From: Chromera velia
Taxonomy: Eukaryota
Assembly: GCA_018398765.1 (NCBI GenBank)
Contig: JAHBMJ010000010.1
Span: 1-59,747 of the forward strand
Length of the DNA stretch: 59,747 nt
Direction of reading: 5' to 3'
The notes beneath the pieces are model-generated. The model saw nothing but the letters and a program-made list of their open reading frames with translations, was not told where the DNA came from and did not search any database. The translations under genes and the position numbers were made by a program. Numbering within the stretch: the first letter of the stretch is position 1; each line of letters starts with the position of its first letter. Below are positions 11,530 through 32,906 of the stretch, piece after piece.

Positions 11530-12449
11530 CCCTAGGGGCCCCAACAGGAACCCCATTCTCGATCGATATGGTGTCCGACACCGGGACGGATCCGGGTTGG
11601 ATGCGTTCATCAGGACGATGGCAGCACCTGCAGAAACTCCAATCAAGCCCAGTCAGTAGGATGGAGAGTTTGGGTCTTTGTAGGATAAAGCGTGTTGGGA
11701 TCCTGCCAGCAGGAAGAGCCTTCCCCACGGGTACCGCGATGGGCAGTGCCTGAGATGCAACCGTCTGGACGAACATGCAGAGTGAGGGGGCCATGGGGCC
11801 TGTCTTTGGATTTGGAAGAAGGACGGCTGCCCATCGTGTAGAACGATGGGCCATGCTCCCAACAACTGCCCTGACAAGAATGCGAAGAAGCGGTGGATGA
11901 TGAAGCAGATGGACAAGACCGGGCAGGACAGGAGCGGCTCGGAAGGCCGCCCTAAGGATCCTCTGGGAGGAGCAGGCCATAGAGGCAGCTCCGGAGACCA
12001 TCGAGGGTCTCCCTATCCTGGTTGTGGAGGCGGCTCAGGGGGGAGAGGAGGCGGTGGGGGTCGCGGCCGTGGTGGGCGCACCCTTTCTCCCAGCAAGTTC
12101 AACAATGAGAACTTCGAGAAGAAGAACTCAGACTCCGGACAGGCGCAGCGGGGGGGTAGTGTCCCTCCTGTATCCTCGCAGGCTGTCAGTCTTGGGGGTC
12201 AGGACGACGATAATGATGACGTAGTAACGGGTGGCGTCTCACGTCGGAAGGGGGACTCATTCAACCTGACCATCCACGCGTCCAAGGGTGAGGAGATGAT
12301 CACTCATGGGGAACGGTCTCTCGGAAAGGTTCGCTTTGTAGACCGCCTTAGCCTTCCTTTGTGCTATGAGCCGGGAGCCAAGTACTCGTCCGACTACAAC
12401 ACAACGACCTTCCATATATGGCATAATGGGGCTATAGAGCGCCTGTCTG

Positions 12450-20200
<7,751 letters not shown>

Positions 20201-22910
20201 ATCCGGCGGCGTGGAACTTCTGGAGGGGAGGGGTGCGGGGCCTTATCTTTCTCTCTTTTGTGTCCTGTTTCTGTCGTCTGCTCTTTCCCCTCTGTCGTCC
20301 CTTTGCAGGTAAGCATGTATAAGGTTTGGTTTTTCGCTCAGGGTGGGGATGACTGGGGTTTGGGTTCGGGCATAGAAGGAGCTAGATAGGCCAGAGGTAC
20401 TGTTTGTCCCTCTTATCCGTTTCTCTCTCTCGTTAATCTGTTCTCCCAGATAGGCGACTAGATGGGGCGGTGACAAGAAAGAGGGGCAGGAGACAAGGGG
20501 TCTCCTGCTGGGTGGGTGTGGGCTCAGCCAGGTAGGAGAGCAAGAAAAGTTAGGCAAGAAAGCAAGAAAGCCAGAGGAGCGGGTCCTCTTCCGCTGCACC
20601 CTTGAAGTTCCATACACCTCCATAGCCATGCATGTTCGGTAGTTGTCCTGTTCTGCCTCGTCCTGTTTGTATTCGTGTTTTGTTTGTTTGTTTTCCGCGC
20701 TCTGGCGTAGTTGACGTATGTGCCTCTACGTCACAGGCAAAGCATCCAATGCTCGGCCAATGCATAAGGCCATGCAATAGGCGGGCCCAAATTTTATGTA
20801 AATCGAGCATGAAATTTTGTTTGGGGCAGCTCAGGTGGAACAAACGATCGTAGATTACGGTCAATTACGTGGGGTGTATAGGCGGGTGGATCCGACGTTT
20901 ATGAGGAGGCATTACCCTGTCTGTTCATATCCGTTGTCCTGCACTCCGTGTTTAGTGCCCGTCTGCATAAGAAATCTATGCGCAGGAAACAAACGGGCTG
21001 TTTATACGGTGAAGGTGAATGCCCCACGCACTCAAACAGTCCGATCCCTGTGCGCTTTCCTTCCTCCGTTTTGAGCAGAATGGGCCTGGCCAGACCAGTT
21101 AGGCAGCCTGAGAGAATGCTGTCAGTTAGCATGAGGAGCGTAAATGATTTTTTTTTTGTTTGCGTCCATCTATGACCTGGCTGCCTGTCTGCGATCCGTT
21201 GCGGTGATAGAGTTGGCGTACTGCCTGACCGACGTTTTGATCTGTACTTTCGTCTCACTCCCTGCAGGGCTTTACATCACCCCCAAGTGAATCCACGGGA
21301 GAATGTAGATAGAAAGGGGGGAGGGTACTCATGGAGAGCATCACGTCTGGCAGGTGGCAGCCTAGGCAGGAGGAAAGACCGCTGTGCGCACACTGAAACT
21401 TTTCGTCTCTTTGTCTCATCTCTCTATGCACAGTGTTTTAGCAAGATCGCAAGGGCGTTCTGCATTCAAGATGAACTATCCCGGTCAGATGTGTAACTGC
21501 CGTGCAAGAGAGACCTGATCCAAGTACAGGGGGCATCTTGGGTGAGAATGAAAGCTCAGGTGTGTTGTGGGCGTTTCTTTCCTCTGCCGGCCTCTCATCC
21601 TGCCTGAAGCCTGTCCTCCACTTTGGGAGGTCAGGTTAGGGGTGAGTGTAAGTCCGGGTGTGTTCGGTTTTGTAGGTTTGTATTTATGAAATCCTTTCCT
21701 CAGAAGGTCAGAGGAGTACGTGGTGGCTCTCCTATGATTTTTAATTGTTTCCGCAAGGCATGCGTGAAGGGGTAGGGGGTGCATCGGAGGCACCTTCCTT
21801 GAAGTGCAGTTTGGTTTTTATATATTTGTTTTCTCTCCCTCTTTCTTCTTTGTTTGGATTTAGCCCGGGGAAGCTTGTCACATCATAGGGGCATGCATGG
21901 TCGGTGAATGCTAGCCGGGTGTGGGCGTCTTCGGGTTTTCCCTTATTCAATTCGTTTTCACAGACGGAAAGGAGCTGGGAGGGAAAGGCCTTCCCGACCT
22001 GTCTATGGAGGCAGAGACCTTTCGCAGTCGTGTTTTCCTTGAGCTGGCGGTTTGCGTTAGGGGGCCTAACCCATTGCTGACCTGAACTAGAGTAGGGTAG
22101 GCACGGCATACAGAACATTTTTCCTTCTTTTTGTGGTGGTTGGTGGCCATCCACACATACCGTGGGTCCGAGTGTATGAAAGACGGAAAGGAAGAATTTG
22201 GGGAGAAGGTGGTAAGGACTTTGCTTTTGATAGACCTGCTCGGGGAGAATAGGTCTCCTTGCCAAGGGGCAGGGCACGCTGAGGCTGTCAAAGGCTCTTG
22301 GTTTTCAAAGAACTGCATTTTGATTTGCATGAGGAATGCTTGTGTTTTGTTGGCCTTTCTTTCTTTTATTTCTTTCGAACGTTCAGAGCAGGGTCCGTCT
22401 GGAGCAGAAAGCATGGCAGGTAGCGTGGGCTCCTGCATGCTAGATGTCTTCGATTTTCTGCGTGTGGGGCGGGGCTCCATCTGGAGGCAGATGGGCTGTG
22501 TATCCCATGCGTTCGTTAGCATAAGTAGGCATGGGCTGGGGGCCTGTGTTCTTCTGTGCTGTTCCTTTCGCTTTTCCCGGTATGGTTTCGTTTTATCCCG
22601 TTCTTCCAGCCCAGTCGGCTGGTATCCATTTCCCTGTATACCCTGCACACATGTGGGCCCGGTGTGCTCTCACTTGTTAAAGGATAATAAATGACGTCTG
22701 GAGAGGACGGCGCGTGAGAGCATGAGAAAAAGGAATGAGGAGAGAAGAGGTAAACGATACATAAGTAATTCTTTTGTGATTGAGCGACAGGATAAGAGGA
22801 AAAGGAAAATAGGGGAGCCGGATGATTAAAGACAGGTCTTTTCTCATGCTTTCCGATTCCCCCTCGTCAGAGGGGGGTGTGTTGTGCTGCGTGCTCCATA
22901 GTCTTTCTTC

Positions 22911-22929
22911 GGGGGCTCGGGAGGGGGTG
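22911..22929 (+). other. Polypurine tract
   Basis: GGGGGCTCGGGAGGGGGTG immediately 5' of the 3' LTR. Confidence 0.7.
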
Positions 22930-23678
22930 TGTGAAAGAAAACGACGGTCCTGTTCCTGGTCGGATTCGCGGAGGGTGAATTCCGGTCCCAGCTTTTCCAT
23001 TCGTCTCTTCGCCCCGAGCCAGAGAAAGGAGCGACGCGCACGCAGCGGCCCGTCCACATGGGGTGGCGGGGCGCCTGCGACAGAGGTGTGCATGTTGTGA
23101 GTTCCATGGTATAGCCTGCATGCACTTTGGCATAAGAAATACACCCGAGGCACTCACCGTGGTGGTGTGTGCTCTAGGGATTCATATGAGATTTAAATAG
23201 GCCGATGGTGCAGTTATGCCATCGGAGGCTTCAGAATTAATTCCGGTCCTGAATTAATTTCCAGACAGTCAGACAGACCTGCACGGCGGTTACCGTCCGT
23301 CTGAATGAGAGACGCGACCTAGGGATTGATAGAACTTCATGTGTAGGACCTGTACTGTGCCCTATGTCTCTCTGTGGATCTCTTGTGCTCTGAGTAATGC
23401 ACGAGGCCACCAGCAGGAGCGTACTATAGACTGTGGGGGTTCATAGATTTTCTGTCTGGTAAAGAGACTGATCAGGTATAAATTTCTGATTATCTGTATT
23501 GGTCTAGACGAGTACGTCACGGAGACGTATTCGCTGTGGTCCTCTAATAGGAGAGGGCCAGGAATTCGGAAGTATAGCAGTTTGAGGAGTCCTCTGGATA
23601 GGCTAGAGGATCGACACGGGAGGGCCCATAGGATTCTACGGGAGGAATCTCAAGAGAGGTGAGACTCTACTTTTTACT
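22930..23678 (+). repeat. 3' LTR
   Basis: Copy of 5069-5817 followed by the TSD GATGA. Confidence 0.95.
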
Positions 23679-23705
23679 GATGAACTCAACTATTTCGAGA
23701 CTAAC

Positions 23706-26700
23706 CCTGTCCTTAGCATCCACCGCAGCTCCCTTCTCAAGGAAAAGCGTTACCAACTTCTTATCGTTCCTTGCAATCGCCACGTAGAGCGAAGTCTCTC
23801 CTCTCTGAACGGAAAAACAGACACACACAGAGGGAAAGCGTGGGAGAGAATGTGTACTTAAGCGACAGAAGACAGAAAAAAAAGCCGAAAGAGAGACAGA
23901 GTGAGCGAGAGGCTCGAGCAGGCCGGGAAAAAGTCATTTCAGGCTGTTGATAGAACGATCGTCTCGAAGTTCAAAAAAACAGAGATGCTACACTAGCTAT
24001 TAAGTCTGACAGAAAGGGGACAGAGCAGAGTGTTGCGTTCAAAGAATCATCTTTGCATGATTCGGCTTGCAGAATGGCGAGGCGGCTGACCATATTTTCC
24101 GCATCCACTTGCGCTCCCCTGTCAAGAAGGATGGCTGCCAACTCTGTGTGGCCGTTTGCGGTGGCTCGCCCTAGTGGGGTAAGGCTCCACTGCATACTCA
24201 AGAAGATTCTTTCAAAGTTTTCGTCTGAGCAATTTGATCAAAGAAGCAGGTCAATAAAAACCCCTTCTGCCGCTTGCATGAGCAGGCTTCCATATATGGA
24301 ACCACGAAACTGTCGTAATATTCAGCGAGCAAGAAAACGCACGACAACTGCGCCATCTTTCTTCTGAGACAGTTCATCTGCCTCCTGGACGTAATTGACC
24401 AAATAGCCGCAGCAACAAGTGAGGTAAAACGAAATGGAGACCGACCCTGTCTTTTGTATCCACTACAGCTCCTCCTTTGTCTAACAGCAACATAGCAACC
24501 TGTGTGTATCCAGTCATGGCTGCGTGGTGAAGCAGAGTCATCAAATTCTGCAACACAATTGGGAAAGCGGTCATCAATTGAGAAAGCGGTTCAACAGGAA
24601 TTTCCTTCCATACATCTGTAGCACTTTACAAGTCACTTACTGCTGAAGACCAGCTACATAGGCATAGAAACTTTCATTGCACGTGCATTATTGTCCCCTC
24701 CGCTCTTGCCAGTCTGGATGCAGCTTTCTCCCTCCGGCTTCTGAAGCCCTCGACTGACCAAATTAACTGCATTGACTCCTGCACCTCTGTCAATGAAAAG
24801 AGCCGTCACGTCCGTGTAACAAAAAATCGCGGCACCATGAACAGCAGGGCAATCATGCTGCAGTTCACGCACAGAAATTTTCATTTTGCATGCATAGCGG
24901 CATTCTTTTGATGCTTTTCCAGATTATTGAACACATCCAAGAAACTATGCACAGAAATGTCTCTTAATAAGTTGCGACAGTCTTTTTTTACACATAGCGA
25001 GGCCTATCAACTCTCTTTATCTGAGAAAGAGATACAAAAAAAAAAAAGTGAGCTCAGGAACGTACTCAAGAAAGTGGAGAAAAGCAAAAATGTCGCCAAC
25101 CTGAGCTCTCGCATCGATTGCTGCCCCCCTTTCGAGGAGCATTGCCACCACAGCGGTTTGGCTATAGGAGGCAGCGGAGTGGAGAGGCATTTGTTCCGCC
25201 TGCGGACACATTAGCGGAAATCTAATAAGGCCTTCTTTGTATTCTGGAAACAGATAAGTAGAAAAAGAACAAACTAGAAGAAAGGGTCTTACACAAAAAA
25301 AATGAAAGTTGGGAGCGCGTGAATCCATCGAAGCAGTCTCGAAATTCTAATCCTTGGACCAACTTGACCTCTGTGGTTGCGTTGACCGCGGCTCCGCTGT
25401 CTAGGAGAAGTTTCATCATCTCTGTGAAACCGCGACTCGCTGCCAAAATGAGGGGGGTCACTCCATCCTGCACTTTTATTCAGTGAAGCAAAATGAATTT
25501 CTACAGACACTCGAACGCTGCCTAGTAGATACAGCAGAATCGATACTTCTTAACTGCCCCCGGCCTGACTGCATCTTGATGACAAGAGACCGTCAAGCAT
25601 AGAGAAGCATGCTGTAGCAGATAATTTGGTGTGGCAGTGGATAGTTCAAAATTTCAGGACCAGAGGTAAGTCGATACTCGATCGACTGACATTGCTCCTG
25701 GCGTCCACTGCGGTGCCTCTCTGGAGTAGAAGGGACGCGACTTGCAGGTGACCCTTCACGGCGGCCCTGTAGAGAGGCGTCTCTCCATCCTGCAGGCCAG
25801 CATGGCATACAGCTGGATCAAAATCAAATGCCAACAGAATGTGCGATGATAAAAAACTAAAAGGCACGAAGCTAGACCTCATAATTTCACAGGGCAGGCA
25901 ATGAACCTAAGAATGCAAATATTGGAGAAAGAAATTCTGCCTCTGTATGTACACCTGCAACCGCGCACATTGACAGCAGAAAACGATCGTCTCTCACCAC
26001 TGCGCAGACGCCCTCCTGAATTCAGTATCCAGATGCGTGCTTTTCAGGCTGCTACACGGCTTGATGGGCTCAGACAGTCTGTCTGCTAAAAACTTTCGCA
26101 ACAGTGTTTGTAATTCTAGTTACTAGACAATTGAAAGAAGTAATTTTAAGAAAGAAGGAAACCATAAAGAACATTTGATGAGCGAACCAAAAACCCTCAA
26201 ACATCTGCCCACATTTATTTTGCGGCAAAACATCGACCTACCTGGTCGCTGGCGTCGACTGATGCTCCTTTGTTGGGGAGGAGCGTCACCACATCCACAT
26301 GGCCCCGCAAGGAGGCCCAGTACAATGGTGTCTCATACAATGGTGTCTCTCCATCCTGCAAAATTCAATGAGCGGCGGCCAGAAAAGATAATCACAATTT
26401 CAAGGAGGCTTGACAGAAGGTGAAAAGGGTAGGTGTTACAGAGCAAGCCTTTCTGGGAAAGCGACGAAGTAGGTGAATTGAAAAGCCATCGACAGAGTTT
26501 CAAAGTTTGAAAAGTGAATGCAAACAATAACGAAAGAAAGACAATGCGTCTACACAGTCCAGTCTGCTGCGTTTTCAAATTTTCAATTGACCTCGTTTTT
26601 CATATCTACAGCGAATCCTCTATCCAGGAGGATGGAGACCACATCTATGTAGCCGTTGAACGCCGCGAAGTGGAGAGCTTGAGATGAGTTTCTCTGCAAA

Positions 26701-27108
26701 CATAGCAAAGGGCGGACAGAGAAAAGAAGGGGAGTAACGGAGGCTGTCTATTAATAAAAAAGTAAGTCATGATGCATGCTTGCAGCACTTCTGATTCTGT
26801 CTATCGAGGACTATGGATCACGAGTAGAGTCAGTGCAGCGAAAAACGTGGAATTTGTATGCATGTCTGTGGGTCTTTTAACCTGTCCATCGGAAGAAAAC
26901 GGGAAAAGAGAGACAAGAGGAGACACCTACCTACCCAACGACACATCCACCCACCCACCCACAAACTGACAACTGATACTTGTTCATCCGCTCTCTGTTG
27001 ACGCAAGCCCAAACAATTTGTTCCTCTGGGCTTTGTCTGCACGAGAAGCCTTTTCACTACATCAACTTGCCCAAAGCGCGCGGCAAGGGAAAGGAGCTCG
27101 TTCGATTC
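23706..27108 (-). pseudogene. Ankyrin-repeat exons of the NLR-like gene: 26980-27108, 26592-26693, 26242-26355, 25691-25789, 25369-25467, 25101-25199, 24759-24857, 24446-24547, 24091-24189, 23706-23804
   Basis: Each is AG/GT bounded and phase 0, mostly 99-102 nt, encoding one TPLH...G....V.LLL..GA.VDA-type repeat. Confidence 0.92.
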
Positions 27109-27415
27109 CTGCATCAACAAAGACGAAGGCTCTAACTCATTCAGTCATATTCAGTCGCCCATTGGAGCCGCGCATCATCCTTCAGTCAAAATCTCGTCCA
27201 ACTTTCGGACCAAATAAAACAAAAAAGGGTGACACTGATCAAAAGGAAGCGTACACGAGGGCGTGAAGGTAGAGTGTAACGGAGTGCTGGACATTAGTGA
27301 CCACTTACAATTTTCCTGTCTTCACAGAATCCAATAAATCCCCACATATGAGGCCAGAGTAGTAAGTCCCCCCACTTTCGAATTTCGTTGTAGACGGAGG
27401 GAACCACCTCCATCC

Positions 27416-30400
27416 TCAGAGAGCAGTCCTGCTCATCCTGTTCCTGTTTTCAAAGGTGACGTTTTCCAACCCGGTCGTTGATATGCTCAAGATGTGTACT
27501 TGCATGCTTAAAACTGTATTCGAGCTGCACACGTAAGAGTAGGGACCATGTGATACAAAAAACAGTACAATTCGAGGATCATGTTCCATTAAAAAACCTT
27601 CTGACAAAAGAAGGGAGGGAGAATAAAGATGCAGACATCATAAGGAATGCTTCAGTAGCCAGCCACAGTTAGGACAGACAGGGACCGGTAGACTAGCAGA
27701 AGCAGGAATATTTCATACAGAATCCCATGCAAACATATCTAGTTGTTTACTTGGTTTCACTTGTTCCTTCGTTCTTGCTTTCCACCACCTGTTTTTCCTA
27801 CCACTCCCTCTCTCTGTTCCTTTCTTATTCTCTCCTTCGTTCTGCATGGGTTTGTCTGCATGGGAACGTATGGGCGGGGCGTGTATGTGAGGGTGCATGC
27901 TTTTTTGCACGTTAGCATTTAAGTGAAAGGCAATGCAAAAGAGACTTTGGCTTACCAGGAGGTCTTCCATTAAATTTTCTTTTCGGGAGGCATTCCCCCC
28001 CTCTCTTCCGCCTTCCATTCTCAACATCTGCCTTTCTAGGGAGTGGTACACAGCCTCAATTATGGAAACATCACCCCTATCCCGGTTTACAAAGTTCCTC
28101 TCAATCTGCAAAGAACCGTAAGGCAAGAGAGGATGAAGAGAGTGAGCACCCGAACCCCTCTGCCCGTCACTGCCGAAAGGGCTTTAGCATACGTAGCAGC
28201 GGAGTGCTTTTGAAGACGAAAAGGAAAACTGAGGTAGAGATGCTGAAACGGAATCACTGTATCATCAAAAGGCCTCCAACAGCTTCGATCTGAAATAGAT
28301 TTCCAAGGAGACTGAAAAATGAGAAACCGATTTCCAACTGACAAACCTGGTATATGTCCAGAGCCCAGTCAAAAACGCTTTTGTGTGCTGCTTGAATGAA
28401 ACCATCAGCATCTGTAGCAAAAAAGACACTCAACGTGCGGAAGCCTTCAGCAACAGTCGCTGTTGGTGCCCATATAAATCTGGGAAGATCTTTCTCTCGA
28501 ATGAATTCTCGAAGAGACAACAGTACGGAAAGCGTTCTGTACGTCAACTCCCAGCGTCGTTGAAGCGCCCACTTATTGAGTCTTTTCTGCCTATGTTCTT
28601 CATCCTTGTCCTATCGTGACTCATCGAACGGACTTCTCAGTGCATGCTTCCGCTCTCCTGTCTGCCCCCCAAGCCCCAGTCTCCTGAAAGCCTCCTCAAA
28701 GGCACTTTCAAGCGCTGCCCCAAGATCTTCCACTGTCTAGAGCGTCACTTTCTCTCTTAGCTCCCACATGCTCTCGAGACGATCGTATGCTCCGAGCCGA
28801 AACCAAAGAAAATTGCCCCCCAACTTTTCGACTAGCAGCTCCGAGGCGCACTCGCGGTCTTTGGAGTCTTGAAGGAACCTCTTTGCGATGCCGTCAGCGA
28901 TTCGCTTCATGTCTCCATCGTTCTTCTCCACCAGTCTCTCGATGCAAAGTGTGAGGACTTCGCGTAGAGCTTCATCGATTTCTGTGTGAGGTTTGCCTGT
29001 GATAAACAACTTGATCTGATCTGGCAGCTCCTTCACCCTGCATGATCAGAAGGTGCATCGGCGCTTCAAAGGAAGGAAGGAAGGAAAGAAGGGAGGAAGA
29101 AAAAAGATAATGGAAGGGGCGGATACTTCGCATTTCTTGTAAGGAGGGTCTCAGCAGGCTGGCTAATTATTCAGTGCATGGGAATTGCAATGCCTTGACC
29201 CTCAAAAGGACGAGAAAAGAAGCGTTGCAATTCTTTTTGAAAGAAGTCTTAGAAAGAAGATCAATGAATGGACAAGAGGCTCTCTCTCTTCTGACCTGTC
29301 TTTGATGATGCTCAGCATACTATCTCTATCCTCTCCGGCCGCAATTTTATCCAAGGGTCAAGAATGATCATAGAGGTGCTTTTCAAGCCTCCTGCCACCT
29401 CTACAGTCTTCAAAGGCTTCAGAAGCAACTCCTCGAAAACTACTGAAACTCCCGAAGCACTCTGCTTTCTGACAAGCCTGCACTCACGCCAAAGAAGGCA
29501 TTCACATATTTGTGCATGATGCCCCACAGAGTTCCATTTCAATGGTTTGGAATAGGAAGCAAAAGGAAGGATCAGAGACTACAAATCGGTAGTGAACTCG
29601 TCATGCACCCCAGAGGTGACTCCTACAAAGTTTTTTTAGCAAAAGATGAGACAAACAGCAGTGGATGACCTACCGAATGGCTTCGGTAGTTTTGGAATTC
29701 TGTGAATTCTATCTTTTCAACTCTTTCGCCAGTGTCTCCGCCACCTCAGAGACTCGTCTGGCGATCTGAAGGGAGATCGTCCCCAGGATTCTAACCGCAT
29801 GATTTCGCCCCTCTGCATTGTGCCGTGCAAATGCATACCTCACTACAGAGGAGCACTGTGAATCCTTCGTCTGCGTCCCCTCAACTCTTGCAGCTGTGTG
29901 AATACCGGCCAATCTCAAACAAAAAAGGGCAGAGGCAACAGACTTCTCTGTCCTGGCGGCTCCCAACAAAGCTAAAACGCGCTTACCCTCTCCCCTCTTT
30001 TTCACCAGGTCAAAAAATTCTTCCAATACCCACTCCCTTGTCCCTTCGGTATGGAAAGAAAGGTGTCTGTCCACATCTCCACTCTGAAGCAGCTCGCATT
30101 CCACCAAATGCTTTTCTATAATCTGTACTGCGGCTGGAAGAGTTGCTTCCGTCAATTGGTATAAGAGAAGCTCACCAAAGGAGAGGCCGACACCACGCCT
30201 CTTGGTCGAAACTTCCTTTTCCATCTCAACACAAAAATCTGCAGTTACAAGAATAGGTGCATGAATCAGTTCAGTCTAACTCGCTCTCTGGCTTACTTTT
30301 CCAGCTTGTCCGACTTCTTCACGAAGAAAACAATGAGCGAGGCTATACGTGAAAAGAACAAAAAGACTGAATGCATGTCTTGACGTTTTCTCACAAAAGC

Positions 30401-32906
30401 TCTTCTGAAAGCACTCACTTGAAAATTCCTGAATCACCACAAGACCATCACTCTCAAAGTGAAGCTTCCCCTGGAGTCTGTTGGCAAGCTCCATCTCCCT
30501 GTCCCCCCCCTTTGCGCTCATTTCCCTCACGAACTGCGGATTCACCCCTTGTAGACACGAGACGATGGCAGGTAGGATGGCCCGCTTTTGTGCCCACCGC
30601 AGGGCTTCGCCCTGTTTGCCAGCCATGCACTTGATCCATACACTCGACACACCCAGAATTAGAGGCAAAGTAGCCAAGACGTCATTCTGCACCCACCCGC
30701 AGTCATACGAATGGCATGTATGCTCACATATGGAGACACCCAGGATGGTGTGTAAAAAGGGTTAAGAGAGCGTGAGAGGTAAGATGGACCGTAGGAGAGA
30801 CGCGTAGGTACATAGACGCAGATAGGCAGGCAGACAGATAGACAGATAAACAAAAAGATGGGCAGCCGGATCGACAGAGAGACTGGTGAAAACCCAGACA
30901 AGAAAATTCGTTTTAGCCTCTTGTCTTTCATTTTTTATTTTCCTTACGTCAACAGACATGCAGACAGTCAGACGACATAACAGAAAAAGAAACAGACCAA
31001 CAGACAGCCAGGCAGCAAGGAAAAAGTCACAGAGGCAAACCGGCAGGCAGAGACACAGATGAGAGACAGAGAGGCAGACACACTTCAAGTGTAAGACCAC
31101 AGGACTATTGAAAACAGCCTTGGCTCCATGCTTTCTGCGCTAATGGAGGCAGTTCATTTTTATAGGCAGTTGGGATGCGTGACTGGCAGAGGGACGGATG
31201 AAATGTCTCTGATGTGAAAGAGAGGAAAGAATATTCTGTTCATTAGAAAGCCTACACAAGCAGTCATGGCAGTGTGCGCGTCAAAGGTGGAAACTAAAAC
31301 GTGCAAAAACAGAAACAGTAAGAATCAGCGCAGAAGCAAGACTCAACGAGGAAGCATAGCAGGGCAAAGAGGAACACAAAGCCCTGTAGGCACTGAATTT
31401 CCTCGACGGAAGTGAGAAAGCTTACCAGAGGTCCGTTCTGACTGCCCTGACAGTTGCTCCTTTCAAAGTTGTAGATTCGCTGGTCCAGAGCGGCCATCTT
31501 TGCATCAACTTCAAGCATCTTTTCTCGTGTTGCTTCTCCGACCGCGTGGAAAAAGAATGTGGCAGCCTCATCGAAATTGTCCCGGATCTCTTTTAGTTTT
31601 TCTGCAGTTTTTTTGGCAAGCAGGAAACGTCTGACAGCGGACCTTTTGTTTCTTTCCATAGATATGTGCTGCAATGACAATCCAGAATGACAAGTGAAGT
31701 TGGCAGTCTGGAGTCCATTCGGAAAATGAATGCAGCAGAAGAGAGGTAGGCAGGCATTTCACAAATTGTTGCCCTCATTGGCAAAATTGGCCGGGTTGGA
31801 ACAGCAGAAACGAAGACACATGAACCAGAAAAGATGGACAATCTGGTGAGAGATGATGGAACACAGCACACGGATGCAGGAGCAGAATAGGTAGGAATCG
31901 ATCAAGGAGGGGAGAGGAAGGTTTGGAGTCGGAACGACCTGGAAGACGATCACTAAACTCCCGAGAAGATCCTCAGCCTACAGTGAAACAAAAATGCATG
32001 ACCAGAGGGTCCACTGTGGCAAACCATTGCCACTACGGTTGGGGTTGCTTGCGTTTTAGATATATCAAGTGGTACTGCCGACCTTTGCATTCAGATGGGC
32101 CGATTTTCGTTTGTTTCCTCTTTGTTTGAGTTTGTCCGCGATCTCGAAGATCGCTTTGAAGTCTCTTGGAAGCCAGATAACCAGATTCTCGACTGCCTTC
32201 TTGAAATACACCCTTGTCAAATTTGCCTCTCGCATCCTTTCCATCTATGTCAGCGTACTCTTCCCCAGCCGGAAAGTCAGACTGATCAGAGCACCGGCAA
32301 GAGGAACAGCCCCAGCTAGACTCTCAACATACTCACCTACACCATCCACACTTCTCAGAACGGTTATAGCACCTTGTGCATCTTCCATCATATAGTTTTA
32401 TGCACCTTCCATCACATAGTCTTATGCACCTTCTATCACATAGTCTTGTGCACCTTCTATCACATAGTCTTGTACACCTTCCATCACATAGTCTTGTGCA
32501 CCTTCCATCACATAGTCTTGTGCACCTTCCATCACATAGTCTTGTGCACCTTCCATCACATAGTCTTGTGTACCTTCCATCACATAGTCTTGTGTACCTT
32601 CTATCCCATCACATAGTCTTGAACAGGTTCCATTAGATCCTCTACTTCTACAAAGCTCTGGACTCTTGAGTGTGCAGCAGTAACTCACTCCATATAGTTC
32701 TGGATTGTAACATCATCTATACCCTCCCCTTCCCGCAGCCCGTCTACTTTCATATTTCGCGCCTCCAATACTCTCACAATCTCCACCCAGGAGTCGGTGC
32801 GAACAATGTAGATACAACCCGAGGGCTCTGTTGCCCCCTCGCGAATCTCTTGTGAGGGCTTTGACCTGCAAAACCCCATTACAGCTTCCTCTGCTACTAG
32901 AGCCAC
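27416..32906 (-). pseudogene. N-terminal helical domain, NACHT (STAND) NTPase and winged-helix exons of the NLR-like gene
   Basis: EGTREWVL, RVLALLGAARTEKS (degenerate Walker A, about 29940-29963), ILGTISLQIA, FEELLLKPL, MIILD (Walker B region), LFITGKP, EKLGGNFLW, HKSVFDW, YSFKHASTHL. In-frame stops near 32245, 29709, 28737 and 28611, plus frameshifts. Confidence 0.85.
32385..32620 (-). repeat. 24-bp tandem repeat, about 10 copies, reading MEGAQDYV in frame with the NLR N-terminus
   Basis: CCATCACATAGTCTTGTGCACCTT units; frame continues into MEDAQGAITVLRS. Confidence 0.9.
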
